Below, in pieces: positions 51,094 through 60,129 of a DNA stretch of 64,000 bases. The stretch is from positions 2,464,303 through 2,528,302 of the forward strand of contig OZ251578.1 of the NCBI GenBank assembly GCA_965243835.1, given 5' to 3'. Under the pieces are notes generated by a model. It was given only the letters and a program-made list of their open reading frames with translations. It searched no databases and was not told where the DNA came from. The translations under genes were made by a program, and so were the position numbers. Positions within the stretch are counted from its first letter, which is position 1, and the number at the start of each line of letters is the position of its first letter. The stretch comes from Candidatus Spongiisociaceae bacterium (GTDB lineage: Bacteria; Actinomycetota; Acidimicrobiia; Spongiisociales; Spongiisociaceae).

Positions 51094-51795
51094 ATGACCG
51101 AACAGGAACTGGATCTTCGCACCCTCGGCGACGAGGACTTGGTAGCCCAGATGCACGACGACTTGTACGACGGGCTGGCCGAGGAAATCGACGAAGGGGT
51201 GCGCATTCTCCTAGAGCGGGGATGGGACGCCTCCCGGGTCCTCAACGACGCCTTGGTGGAGGGGATGCGCATCGTGGGGATCGACTTCCGAGACGGGATC
51301 CTGTTCGTGCCGGAGGTGCTCTTGGCCGCCAACGCCATGAAAGCGGGGATGGCCCTGTTGCGGCCCCTGCTGGCGGAAACCGGGGCGGAAACCATCGGCA
51401 AAGTGGTGATCGGCACCGTCAAGGGCGACATCCACGACATCGGCAAAAACCTGGTGGGGATGATGCTGGAAGGGGCCGGGTTCGAAGTGATCGACCTGGG
51501 AATCAACACCGACGTGGAGGAGTTTCTGGAAGCCCTGGCCGCCCATCAGCCGGACATTCTGGGAATGTCGGCCCTGCTCACCACCACCATGCCCTATATG
51601 AAAGTGGTGATCGACACGCTGGTGGAGCAGGACAAGCGCAACGACCACATCGTCATGGTGGGAGGGGCCCCGCTCAACGAGGAGTTCGGTCGGGCCATCG
51701 GGGCCGACGCCTACTGCCGGGATGCGGCGGTGGCCGCGGAAACCGCCAAAGACCTGGTGGAAAAACGGCGCATCCTGGCCAGCGAGCATGTCTAG
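51094..51795 (+). CDS. Corrinoid (cobalamin)-binding protein for methyltransferase system
   Basis: B12-binding motif DIHDIGKNLV plus the helical cap domain. 233 aa. Confidence 0.8.
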   Translation: MTEQELDLRTLGDEDLVAQMHDDLYDGLAEEIDEGVRILLERGWDASRVLNDALVEGMRIVGIDFRDGILFVPEVLLAANAMKAGMALLRPLLAETGAETIGKVVIGTVKGDIHDIGKNLVGMMLEGAGFEVIDLGINTDVEEFLEALAAHQPDILGMSALLTTTMPYMKVVIDTLVEQDKRNDHIVMVGGAPLNEEFGRAIGADAYCRDAAVAAETAKDLVEKRRILASEHV

Positions 51796-51807
51796 GCATG
51801 TCCGGGC

Positions 51808-52443
51808 ATGCCTAGGACCGCCGCCCCCCCGTCCGGGCCGGAGCCGACGCTGGTGATCGCCTGCGGGGCCCTGGCCGGGGAAATCAGGCGGGCGGCCCGC
51901 CTCAACCACTGGCGGCACCTCGCCTTGGAGTGCCTGCCCGCCCGCCTGCATAACACCCCGGACCGGATCGTCCCGGCCGTGAAGCGGTTGCTGGAGGAAA
52001 AATCGGGAGAATACCGCCGGACGCTGATCGGGTACGCCGACTGCGGCACCGGCGGCCTCTTGGACGCCCTGCTGGAAAACTGGCCCGACGTGCGCCGGTT
52101 GCCCGGCGCCCACTGTTACGAGTTCTACGCCACCTCCCCCCTGTTCTCCGAACTGCATCAGGCCGAGCCGGGAACCTTCTACCTGACCGACTTCCTAGCC
52201 GCCCACTTCGACCGGCTGGTGTGGGAGTTCCTGGGGCTGGACCGCCACCCGCAACTGCGGGACGACTACTTCCGGGCCTACCGCCGCCTCGTTTACCTTT
52301 CCCAGTCGGAAAACCCGGACCTGATGACCGCCGCCCGCCGGGCCGCCGCCCGCCTGCAACTGGATTTCCAGCATATTCACACCGGGATGGGCGAGCTGGC
52401 CTCCGCCCTGCGCGACCTCGCCCAACCGGCCCGGGCCGGGTAG
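51808..52443 (+). CDS. DUF1638 domain protein
   Basis: Family commonly encoded with corrinoid methyltransferase clusters. Confidence 0.6.
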   Translation: MPRTAAPPSGPEPTLVIACGALAGEIRRAARLNHWRHLALECLPARLHNTPDRIVPAVKRLLEEKSGEYRRTLIGYADCGTGGLLDALLENWPDVRRLPGAHCYEFYATSPLFSELHQAEPGTFYLTDFLAAHFDRLVWEFLGLDRHPQLRDDYFRAYRRLVYLSQSENPDLMTAARRAAARLQLDFQHIHTGMGELASALRDLAQPARAG

Positions 52444-52850
52444 TGACGGCCCGCACCCGCCCCGGCCGCAACCGGCGGGCCGCAGACGAGTTGGTGGTCA
52501 TCTTCTGGCGGGACATCCCGGCCCAGGTCACCGTCCGCTACCGGGGCAAAACCGCCGCCCTGGAACTCCCCGTCCGGTTCCGCACCGCCATCGACCGGGC
52601 GGCGATGAACGCGGGCAAAAAAACCTACGACGAGTACATCGGCGAATGGCGCCGGGAAACGTCTCCCATCGCAGCCCCCGGCCCCCCGGCGGCGGGCGCC
52701 GAGGGGGAAGACCCGGCGGAGGCGGCCCGGGCCCTGGCCGGAACGGAATCGGAACGGCTGCAGGCCGACTACCCCGGTCCGCGGGTGGTGCGCCTGGTGC
52801 GCAACGGCGGCTTCGAACCGGACGGCGACGCCCGCGGGACGGATCAATGA
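52443..52850 (+). CDS. Hypothetical protein (GTG start overlapping upstream stop)
   Basis: 135 aa ORF (VIFWRDIPAQV...), coupled on both sides within the operon. Confidence 0.45.
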   Translation: MTARTRPGRNRRAADELVVIFWRDIPAQVTVRYRGKTAALELPVRFRTAIDRAAMNAGKKTYDEYIGEWRRETSPIAAPGPPAAGAEGEDPAEAARALAGTESERLQADYPGPRVVRLVRNGGFEPDGDARGTDQ

Positions 52851-53761
52851 CCGACACGGTAGTTTCCTCCGCCTCCCGGGAAGTGGTGATCGGCCCCCGC
52901 CGTCCGTTTACCATCATCGGCGAGCGCATCAACCCCACCGGCCGCAAAGCCCTGGCGGCGGAGATGAAAGAGGGCGACTATTCGCGGGTGGAGGCGGACG
53001 CCGCAGCGCAAGTAGCGGCCGGGGCCCGCATGCTGGACGTCAACGCCGGCATCCCCCTGGCGGACGAACCCCGCATCCTGGCCGAAGCCGTGCAACTGGT
53101 GCAGAAGCTGGTGGACGTTCCGCTGTCCATCGACTCTTCCATAGTGGAGGCCCTGGAAGCCGGGCTGGCCGTCTACCAGGGCAAGGCCCTGCTCAATTCG
53201 GTCACCGGAGAGGAGGATCGTCTGGAGACGGTGCTGCCGCTGGCGGCCAAGTACGGGGCGGCGGTGGTGGCCATCTCCAACGATGAAACCGGCATCTCCG
53301 AAGACCCCGACGTCCGGTTTGCGGTGGCGGCCAAAATCGTGCGCCGGGCGGCGGATCACGGCATTCCCAAAGAGGATGTGGTGGTGGACCCGCTGGTTAT
53401 GCCCATCGGGGCGTTGCGCTACGCGGGACGGCAGGTGTTCCACATCCTGCGCCGGTTGCGGGACGAGTTGGGCGTCAACTCCACCTGCGGGGCCTCCAAC
53501 ATCAGCTTCGGCTTGCCCAACCGGGCCGGGATCAACAGCGCCTTCATTTCCATGGCCGCCGCCAACGGCCTCACTTCGGCCATCGCCAACCCGTTGGAAC
53601 CCGAGATCGCGACGGCCGTGAAAGCGACGGACGTGATGTGCGGCAACGACCCGGACTGCGCCGTCTGGATCAGGGCCCATCGCACCCCGGGGGCCGCCGG
53701 GGAAGGGGCCCGGCGGCGGAGCGGACGGCGCCGGCCCCCGCCGGGCTCCGCGGAGCGATGA
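52847..53761 (+). CDS. Methyltetrahydrofolate:corrinoid methyltransferase (pterin-binding, MtrH/MtgA-like)
   Basis: Pterin-binding DHPS-like TIM barrel. ATGA coupling at both ends. Confidence 0.75.
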   Translation: MTDTVVSSASREVVIGPRRPFTIIGERINPTGRKALAAEMKEGDYSRVEADAAAQVAAGARMLDVNAGIPLADEPRILAEAVQLVQKLVDVPLSIDSSIVEALEAGLAVYQGKALLNSVTGEEDRLETVLPLAAKYGAAVVAISNDETGISEDPDVRFAVAAKIVRRAADHGIPKEDVVVDPLVMPIGALRYAGRQVFHILRRLRDELGVNSTCGASNISFGLPNRAGINSAFISMAAANGLTSAIANPLEPEIATAVKATDVMCGNDPDCAVWIRAHRTPGAAGEGARRRSGRRRPPPGSAER

Positions 53762-55773
53762 TGAGCGAGGCCGCCCTGTCCGTGACTTTCACCCCCTCCG
53801 GCCGGCGGGGGACGGTTCCGGCGGGGAGCACGGTGCTGGAAGCGGGACGGATGCTGGGGGTGGACATTGATTCGGTGTGCGGGGGACGGGGACTGTGCGG
53901 CCGGTGCCAGATCGCCATCGGCTCCCAGCCGGGGACGCCCGCCGACCCGGACCGCCTGTCCCCGCCCGGACCGCTGGAAACTTCCTACCGGGGCCGCCGC
54001 CCCCTGCGGGACGGACATCGCCTGTCCTGCGCCGCCCTCCTGCTGACGGATGCTGTAATCGACGTCCCCCCGCACAGCCAGGTGCGGCGGCAGGTGGTGC
54101 GCAAACGTCCCGAGGTGGCCAACTTCACCATCGACCCGGTGGTGCGCCTCCACTACGCGGAGGTGGAAGAGCCCACCCTGCGCCGCGCCTCCTCCGACGC
54201 CACCCGCCTCCGGGAGGCCTTGGAAGCCCAATGGGGCCTGGAGGGACTGACCGTCGACCCCCGGATTTTGGACTCCATGCAGGAAACTTTGCGGGCGGGA
54301 AAATGGGCGGTCACCGCCGCCGTTTACCGCCGCCGGGAAATCGTCGGGGTGTGGCCGGGCTTGCGCGTCCGGGCCTTGGGGGCGGCCTTCGACGTGGGCT
54401 CCACCACCGTGGCCGGGCATCTGTGCGACCTGTCCACCGGGGAAATACTGTCCTCGGAGGGAATAATGAACCCGCAGATCCGGTTCGGCGAAGACCTGAT
54501 GAGCCGCATCTCTTTCGTGATGATGAACGAGGACGGGGCGGACCGGTTGACGGAGGCCGTCGTCGACGCCCTCAACGGGTTGCTCGGGGACCTGACCGCG
54601 GCCGCCGGAGCGGAGCCCGCCGACGTTCTGGAAATCGCCCTGGTCGGCAACCCGATAATGCATCACCTGGTGCTGGGGATCGACCCCCGGCGCCTGGGAA
54701 CGGCCCCTTTCGCCCTGGCCACCGACCGGGCGGTGCGCATCCGGGCGGAGCGGGCGGGGATCGTCGCCCATCCCGGGGCCCGCCTGTACGTGTTGCCGTG
54801 CGTGGCCGGGCATGTGGGGGCGGACGCGGCCGGGGCCATGCTGTCGGAAGCCCCCCACCGCAGCCGGGGAACGCAACTGCTGGTGGACGTGGGCACCAAC
54901 GCCGAAATCGTGCTGGGCGACCGGGAGCGGTTGCTGGCCGCCTCCAGCCCCACCGGCCCCGCCTTCGAAGGAGCGGAAATCAGTAGCGGGCAACGGGCTT
55001 CCCCGGGGGCCATCGAACGGGTGCGGGTGGACCGCGCCACCCTGGAACCCCGTTTCAAGGTGATCGACGTGGAGCCGTGGTCGGACGAAGACGGGTTCGA
55101 CGCGGCCGTGCAGGACTCGGGGGTGACGGGAATTTGCGGGTCGGGGATCATAGAAGCGGTGGCCGAGTTGGCCTTGGCGGGGGTGGTGTCCGCCGACGGG
55201 CGCATGTTGCGGCGGGAAACCCCCCGCCTGCGGTGGGAGGGGCGCATCCCCTGCTATATTCTCTACGACGGGCCGACCCGGATCGCGGTCACCCAGACCG
55301 ATGTGCGCGCCGTCCAGCTGGCCAAAGCCGCCCTGTATGCGGGCATCCGATTGTTGATGGACCGCTTAGGCGTGGAAAACGTGGACGAAGTCCGGTTGGC
55401 GGGGGCGTTCGGCTCCCACATCGACCCGCTCTACGCCATGGCCCTGGGAATGATCCCCGACTGCGACCCGGCCCGGGTGCGGGCGGCGGGCAACGCCGCC
55501 GGGGCCGGGGCGATTATGGCCCTGCTGAGCGGGACCGCCCGCCGGGAAGTGGAGGAGTTGGTGCAAAAAGTGGAAAAAGTGGAAACGGCCACCGAGCCGC
55601 GCTTCCAGGAACATTTCGTGCAGGCCATGGCCATCCCCCACGCCGCCGCCCCCTACCCGCACCTGTCCCGGGCGCTGGATTTGGGGGGCATCCCCGCCGC
55701 GGCAGCGGACCGCCCGGAGCGGCGCCGTTCCCGACGCCCGGCCCGGGCGGGCGTCGGCGGGAGCGGACGATGA
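53758..55773 (+). CDS. Reductive activator of corrinoid protein (RACo/RamA-like: 2Fe-2S ferredoxin + ASKHA ATPase)
   Basis: N-terminal CGGRGLCGRCQ 2Fe-2S ferredoxin motif and an ASKHA/DUF4445 C-terminal region. Confidence 0.75.
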   Translation: MMSEAALSVTFTPSGRRGTVPAGSTVLEAGRMLGVDIDSVCGGRGLCGRCQIAIGSQPGTPADPDRLSPPGPLETSYRGRRPLRDGHRLSCAALLLTDAVIDVPPHSQVRRQVVRKRPEVANFTIDPVVRLHYAEVEEPTLRRASSDATRLREALEAQWGLEGLTVDPRILDSMQETLRAGKWAVTAAVYRRREIVGVWPGLRVRALGAAFDVGSTTVAGHLCDLSTGEILSSEGIMNPQIRFGEDLMSRISFVMMNEDGADRLTEAVVDALNGLLGDLTAAAGAEPADVLEIALVGNPIMHHLVLGIDPRRLGTAPFALATDRAVRIRAERAGIVAHPGARLYVLPCVAGHVGADAAGAMLSEAPHRSRGTQLLVDVGTNAEIVLGDRERLLAASSPTGPAFEGAEISSGQRASPGAIERVRVDRATLEPRFKVIDVEPWSDEDGFDAAVQDSGVTGICGSGIIEAVAELALAGVVSADGRMLRRETPRLRWEGRIPCYILYDGPTRIAVTQTDVRAVQLAKAALYAGIRLLMDRLGVENVDEVRLAGAFGSHIDPLYAMALGMIPDCDPARVRAAGNAAGAGAIMALLSGTARREVEELVQKVEKVETATEPRFQEHFVQAMAIPHAAAPYPHLSRALDLGGIPAAAADRPERRRSRRPARAGVGGSGR

Positions 55774-57311
55774 GCCCCGGCCGTCGGGGGGGGCGGTCCG
55801 GGGGACGGGCCGCCCGGCACGCCGCCCGCGCCGCCAAGGTCATCCGCCAAGATCCTTTCCTGACGCGGGCCCTCCGTCCCTGGGAGGTGCTGTCCGAGGA
55901 GGGGGCGGAGTTGATCGAACGCAACGCCGACACCCTGCTGTGGGAAGTAGGGGTGGAAATAATGGATTTCCCGGAGGCCCTGCCCGTATTCGCCGCCGGC
56001 GGGGCGGAAGTGGACGGGACCCGGGTGCGTTTCCCGCGGGGAATGTGCCGGGAGATCATCACCCGCTCCGCGCCTTCTTCTTTTACGCAACACGCCCGCA
56101 ACCCGCAACGCACGGTCACCATCGGCGACCCGCACAGCGTGTTCGTCCCCGCCTACGGTCCGCCGTTCGTGCGGGACCTGGACGAGGGCCGCCGCTACGC
56201 GGCTCTGCGGGACTTCGTCAACTTCGCCAAACTGACCCATATGAGCCCCTCCCTCCATCATGGGGGCGGCACCTTGTGCGAACCGGTGGATCTGCCGGTC
56301 AACAAACGCCACTTCGACATGCTGTACTCCCACATCCGCTACCACGACAAGCCTTTTATGGCGTCGGTCACCGCCCCGGAACGGGCCCGGGATTCGGTGG
56401 ATATGGCCAAAATCGTGTTCGGGGAGGACTTCGTGGCCGACAACACGGTGCTGGTCGGCCTGTGCAACGCCAACTCGCCCATGGTGTGGGACCGGGCCAT
56501 GCTCGGCTCGGCCCGGGTGTTGGCCGAAAACAACCAGTGTTCCCTGATCACCCCTTTTATCATCGCCGGGGCGATGTCGCCGGTGACGGTGGCCGCCACC
56601 GCCACCCAAACCCTGGCCGAAGCCCTGGCGGGAATGACTTTCACCCAGCTGGTGCGCCCCGGGGCCCCGGTCATTTTCGGATCGTTCGCTTCTTCCATGT
56701 CCATGTCCACCGGCGCCCCCACCTTCGGCACCTCCGAAGCGGCCCTGATGCTCCTGACGGTCGGCCAACTGGCCCGGCGCTTGGGGGTTCCCTTCCGGGC
56801 GGGCGGGAACAAAACCGCTTCCAAAATCCCCGACGCGCAAGCCGCCTACGAAAGCATGATGACCTTTTTGCCCGCGGTGACGGCCGGGGTCAACTTCGTG
56901 TTGCACACCGCCGGCTGGCTGGAAGGGGGTCTGACGATGGGATACGAGAAGTTCATCCTGGACGCCGACCAGGCGGGGATGATGGCCAAACTGACCGGCG
57001 GGGTGGACCTCTCCGAAAACGGGCAGGCCCTGACCCCCCTGCTGGAGAACGGACCGGGCAAACACCATCTGGGCACCGACCACACCATGGCCAACTTCGC
57101 CGCCGCCTTCTGGACGTCCGACTTGGCGGATGCGAGCAGTTTCGAGCAGTGGGAGTCGGAAGGGTCGCGGGATTCCATCGCCCGGGCCAACGAGGAGTGG
57201 AAACGGAAACTGGCCGAATACGAACCGCCGCCCCTGGACGAGGCGATGCACGAGGAGCTGACCGCCTGGATCGCGGCCCGCAAAGCCTCCTTCCCCGACT
57301 CCGACGTTTAA
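55770..57311 (+). CDS. MttB-family (non-pyrrolysine) quaternary amine:corrinoid methyltransferase, glycine betaine methyltransferase-like
   Basis: 513 aa ORF with the trimethylamine methyltransferase MttB superfamily fold and no in-frame amber codon. Operonic with the corrinoid protein. Confidence 0.75.
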   Translation: MSPGRRGGRSGGRAARHAARAAKVIRQDPFLTRALRPWEVLSEEGAELIERNADTLLWEVGVEIMDFPEALPVFAAGGAEVDGTRVRFPRGMCREIITRSAPSSFTQHARNPQRTVTIGDPHSVFVPAYGPPFVRDLDEGRRYAALRDFVNFAKLTHMSPSLHHGGGTLCEPVDLPVNKRHFDMLYSHIRYHDKPFMASVTAPERARDSVDMAKIVFGEDFVADNTVLVGLCNANSPMVWDRAMLGSARVLAENNQCSLITPFIIAGAMSPVTVAATATQTLAEALAGMTFTQLVRPGAPVIFGSFASSMSMSTGAPTFGTSEAALMLLTVGQLARRLGVPFRAGGNKTASKIPDAQAAYESMMTFLPAVTAGVNFVLHTAGWLEGGLTMGYEKFILDADQAGMMAKLTGGVDLSENGQALTPLLENGPGKHHLGTDHTMANFAAAFWTSDLADASSFEQWESEGSRDSIARANEEWKRKLAEYEPPPLDEAMHEELTAWIAARKASFPDSDV

Positions 57312-57328
57312 GCGACGGAGGGACGGCG

Positions 57329-58183
57329 ATGCGCAAACGAGGGCGGCCCGACGAGGCGGGACGGGCGGCCATCCGCGCCCTGCTGGAGCGTCCCAAGTTC
57401 GAACTGATCCCGTTGCGCAACGTGCTGGAGCAGGCCCGGTTCCTGCCCGCGGGGGCCACCGTGTCGGTCACCGCCTCCCCCACCAAAACCTTGGAAGACA
57501 CGATGGAGTTGGCGGAGGGCCTGTCGGAGATGGGTTTGGCGGCCATCCCCCACCTGTCGGCCCGCATGACCAAAGACCGGGCCCACCTGGCCTCCCTCCT
57601 GGAACGGATGGAGCGGGCGGGCCTGCGCCGTATTTTCCTGGTGGGCGGGGACGCCCGGCATCCGGGCGAGTTCTACGACGCCTACTCCCTGTTGCGGGCC
57701 ATGAACGAAATCGGGCATCACCTGACCGAAATCGGGGTTACTTCCTACCCGGAGGGGCACCCGCTGATTCCCGACCCCAAGTTGCATCAGGCCCTGCGGG
57801 ACAAGCAACCCCACGCCTCCTATATGACCACCCAAATGTGCTTCGACCCGCAGGCGATCGGCGGTTTCATCCGCGGGCGGAGGGCGGACGGGATCGCCCT
57901 GCCGGTGCATCTGGGGTTGCCGGGGGTGGCGGAACGGTTGAAACTGATCAGCATCTCCACCCGCATCGGGGTGGGGCAGTCGGTGCGCTTCCTGTCCAAA
58001 CACCGGGGCCTGGTTGGCCGCTTCCTGAAACCGGGCGGCTACACCCCCGCCCCCCTGCTGGAGGGTCTGGCCCCGGTGCTGTGCGACCCGCAGGCGAACG
58101 TGCGGGGCCTCCACATTTACACGTTCAACCAGTGCGAAACCACCGAACGGTGGCGGACGGAATACTTGGAGTCCTTGCGATAA
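57329..58183 (+). CDS. metF: Methylenetetrahydrofolate reductase
   Basis: MTHFR family TIM barrel. GGAGGGA RBS. Confidence 0.75.
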   Translation: MRKRGRPDEAGRAAIRALLERPKFELIPLRNVLEQARFLPAGATVSVTASPTKTLEDTMELAEGLSEMGLAAIPHLSARMTKDRAHLASLLERMERAGLRRIFLVGGDARHPGEFYDAYSLLRAMNEIGHHLTEIGVTSYPEGHPLIPDPKLHQALRDKQPHASYMTTQMCFDPQAIGGFIRGRRADGIALPVHLGLPGVAERLKLISISTRIGVGQSVRFLSKHRGLVGRFLKPGGYTPAPLLEGLAPVLCDPQANVRGLHIYTFNQCETTERWRTEYLESLR

Positions 58184-58346
58184 TGCCGGGGCGGGGGCGG
58201 GGGTTTGCCAGATTTTTCCAGGTCGTCCGGCACCCCCAATTCGATAGCGTAGCGCCGGTTGGCGACGTGAAAATTTTCCGGGCGGTCCGGGGCGGGGCCG
58301 CCGGTCGGGCGGGTTCCGAGACGGCGGGTTCCGGGGCGGGCGGGCG

Positions 58347-60101
58347 ATGAACGGCGTCGCCGCCCGCTTTGACGACTTGCGGGAGGGGGGCCGGGGCGGC
58401 TGGGAGCTGTTGGAACCGCACCAAACCTGGTGCGCCTGGGAGCCGGAGGAGGTTCCGGCGGCGATAGCGCGGGCGGAGGCCGCGGCCGCGGCGGGCCGGT
58501 GGGCGACCGGGTTCATCTCCTACGAAGCTGCCCCCGCCTTCGACGCCGCCTTGCCGGTGCGCGACCCCGTCCCCGGTTTGCCCCTGACCTGGTGGGCGGC
58601 CTTCCGGTCGGCGCGCCCCGCCCCTCTCCCGGAGGGCGGCCCCTGCCGGATGTCGGCCTGGGAGCCGGAACTGGGCTTCGCCGCTTACCGCTCCCGCATC
58701 GAGGCCGTCTCGGAACGCATCCTGGCGGGCGACACCTACCAGACCAACTTCACCATGCGGTTGCGGGGGCGGGTGGAGGGCGACCTGCGTTCCTTCTACC
58801 GCCGCCTGGCCGAGGGGCAACGGGGCGGTCACAATGCGCTGTTGCTCACCGGCCGGTGGGCGGTGGTTTCCGCCTCCCCGGAGATGTTCCTCCGCTGGGA
58901 CGGACGGCGGGTGGAAACCCGGCCTATGAAAGGCACCATGCCCCGGGGCCGCTGGGAGGGGGAGGACCGCCATCGGCGGGAGCGTCTGTTGGCCTCCGGC
59001 AAAGACCGGGCGGAGAACGTAATGGTGGTGGACCTGGTGCGCAACGATCTGGGGCGGGCCTCCCGCTTCGGGACGGTGGCGGTGGAGGAACTGTTCGGCG
59101 TGCAACGTTTGGAGACGGTGTGGCAGATGACTTCCACGGTGGCCGCCGAAACCCGTCCGGGCACGGAACTGGGCGAATTGTTGGCGGCCATGTTTCCCTG
59201 CGGGTCGGTGACCGGCGCCCCCAAACCGGCCACGATGGGACTCATCCGCTCCCTGGAAACCTCCCCCCGGGGGGTGTACTGCGGGGCGGTGGGACTGCTG
59301 GCTCCCCCCGATGCGGGGCGCCCCCGGGCCGAGTTTTCGGTGGCCATCCGCACCGCGGTGGTGAACCTGGCCGACCGCTCCGCCGAGTACGGCGCGGGAG
59401 GGGGGATCGTGCACGAGTCCACCGCCGCCGGGGAATACGCCGAGGCGCTGGCCAAAGCCCGGGTGCTGACCGTCCCCCGCCCGCCGATCACCCTGCTGGA
59501 GACCATGCGCCGGGATCCGGGAGGGGGGATTTGGCTGCGGGAGCGGCATCTGAACCGGATGCGTTCCTCCGCCCGTTACTTCGGTTTCCAACTTCCGGAG
59601 ACGGAAATCGCCGCCCGGTTGCGCGAGTTGGAGGAGGAGGGGCCGCAGGTTCCGCTCCGGGTGCGGTTGCTGGCCGCGGAAGGAGGGGGGACGTCCCTGG
59701 AATGGTCGCCGGTGGCCGCCGTCCCCGCGGTGGCGGGCTTGGCGGTGGACGACCGCCCCGTGGACCGGTCGGACCGGTTCCGCTATCACAAAACCACCCG
59801 GCGCGGCGCGTACGAGGAGGCGGCCCGCCGCCACCCCCGGGCCGATGACGTGATCCTGGTCAACGAACGGCGGGAAGCGGTGGAAACCACCACCGCCAAC
59901 CTGGCCGTCCGGCTGGACGATGAATGGCTGACCCCTCCCCTGGACGCCGGGTGCCTGCCCGGAACCTACCGGGAAGAGTTAATCGACCAAGGGGCGTTGC
60001 GCGAACACCCCCTGTTGGCGGCGGACCTGGCCGACGCCGACGAGTTGGCGGTAATCAACTCCCTCCACGGCTGGCGCCCCGCCAAACTAACCTACGACTG
60101 A
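58347..60101 (+). CDS. pabB: Bifunctional aminodeoxychorismate synthase component I / aminodeoxychorismate lyase (PabB-PabC fusion)
   Basis: Chorismate-binding domain followed by a class IV aminotransferase domain. Confidence 0.8.
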   Translation: MNGVAARFDDLREGGRGGWELLEPHQTWCAWEPEEVPAAIARAEAAAAAGRWATGFISYEAAPAFDAALPVRDPVPGLPLTWWAAFRSARPAPLPEGGPCRMSAWEPELGFAAYRSRIEAVSERILAGDTYQTNFTMRLRGRVEGDLRSFYRRLAEGQRGGHNALLLTGRWAVVSASPEMFLRWDGRRVETRPMKGTMPRGRWEGEDRHRRERLLASGKDRAENVMVVDLVRNDLGRASRFGTVAVEELFGVQRLETVWQMTSTVAAETRPGTELGELLAAMFPCGSVTGAPKPATMGLIRSLETSPRGVYCGAVGLLAPPDAGRPRAEFSVAIRTAVVNLADRSAEYGAGGGIVHESTAAGEYAEALAKARVLTVPRPPITLLETMRRDPGGGIWLRERHLNRMRSSARYFGFQLPETEIAARLRELEEEGPQVPLRVRLLAAEGGGTSLEWSPVAAVPAVAGLAVDDRPVDRSDRFRYHKTTRRGAYEEAARRHPRADDVILVNERREAVETTTANLAVRLDDEWLTPPLDAGCLPGTYREELIDQGALREHPLLAADLADADELAVINSLHGWRPAKLTYD

Positions 60102-60104
60102 CCC
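60065..60104. repeat. 40-bp direct repeat (left copy) covering the pabBC stop codon
   Basis: ccacggctggcgccccgccaaactaacctacgactgaccc is repeated at 62253-62293 with one extra g. Confidence 0.85.
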
Positions 60105-60129
60105 AAAGGCAAGACCGAAAGGGTCGTGT

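Noticed and set aside
55787-55795. G9 run at the 5' end of the MttB-family gene as another phase-variable tract
   Set aside because: The tract is in frame and simply encodes RRGGR. It is shorter than the other two and consistent with GC bias.
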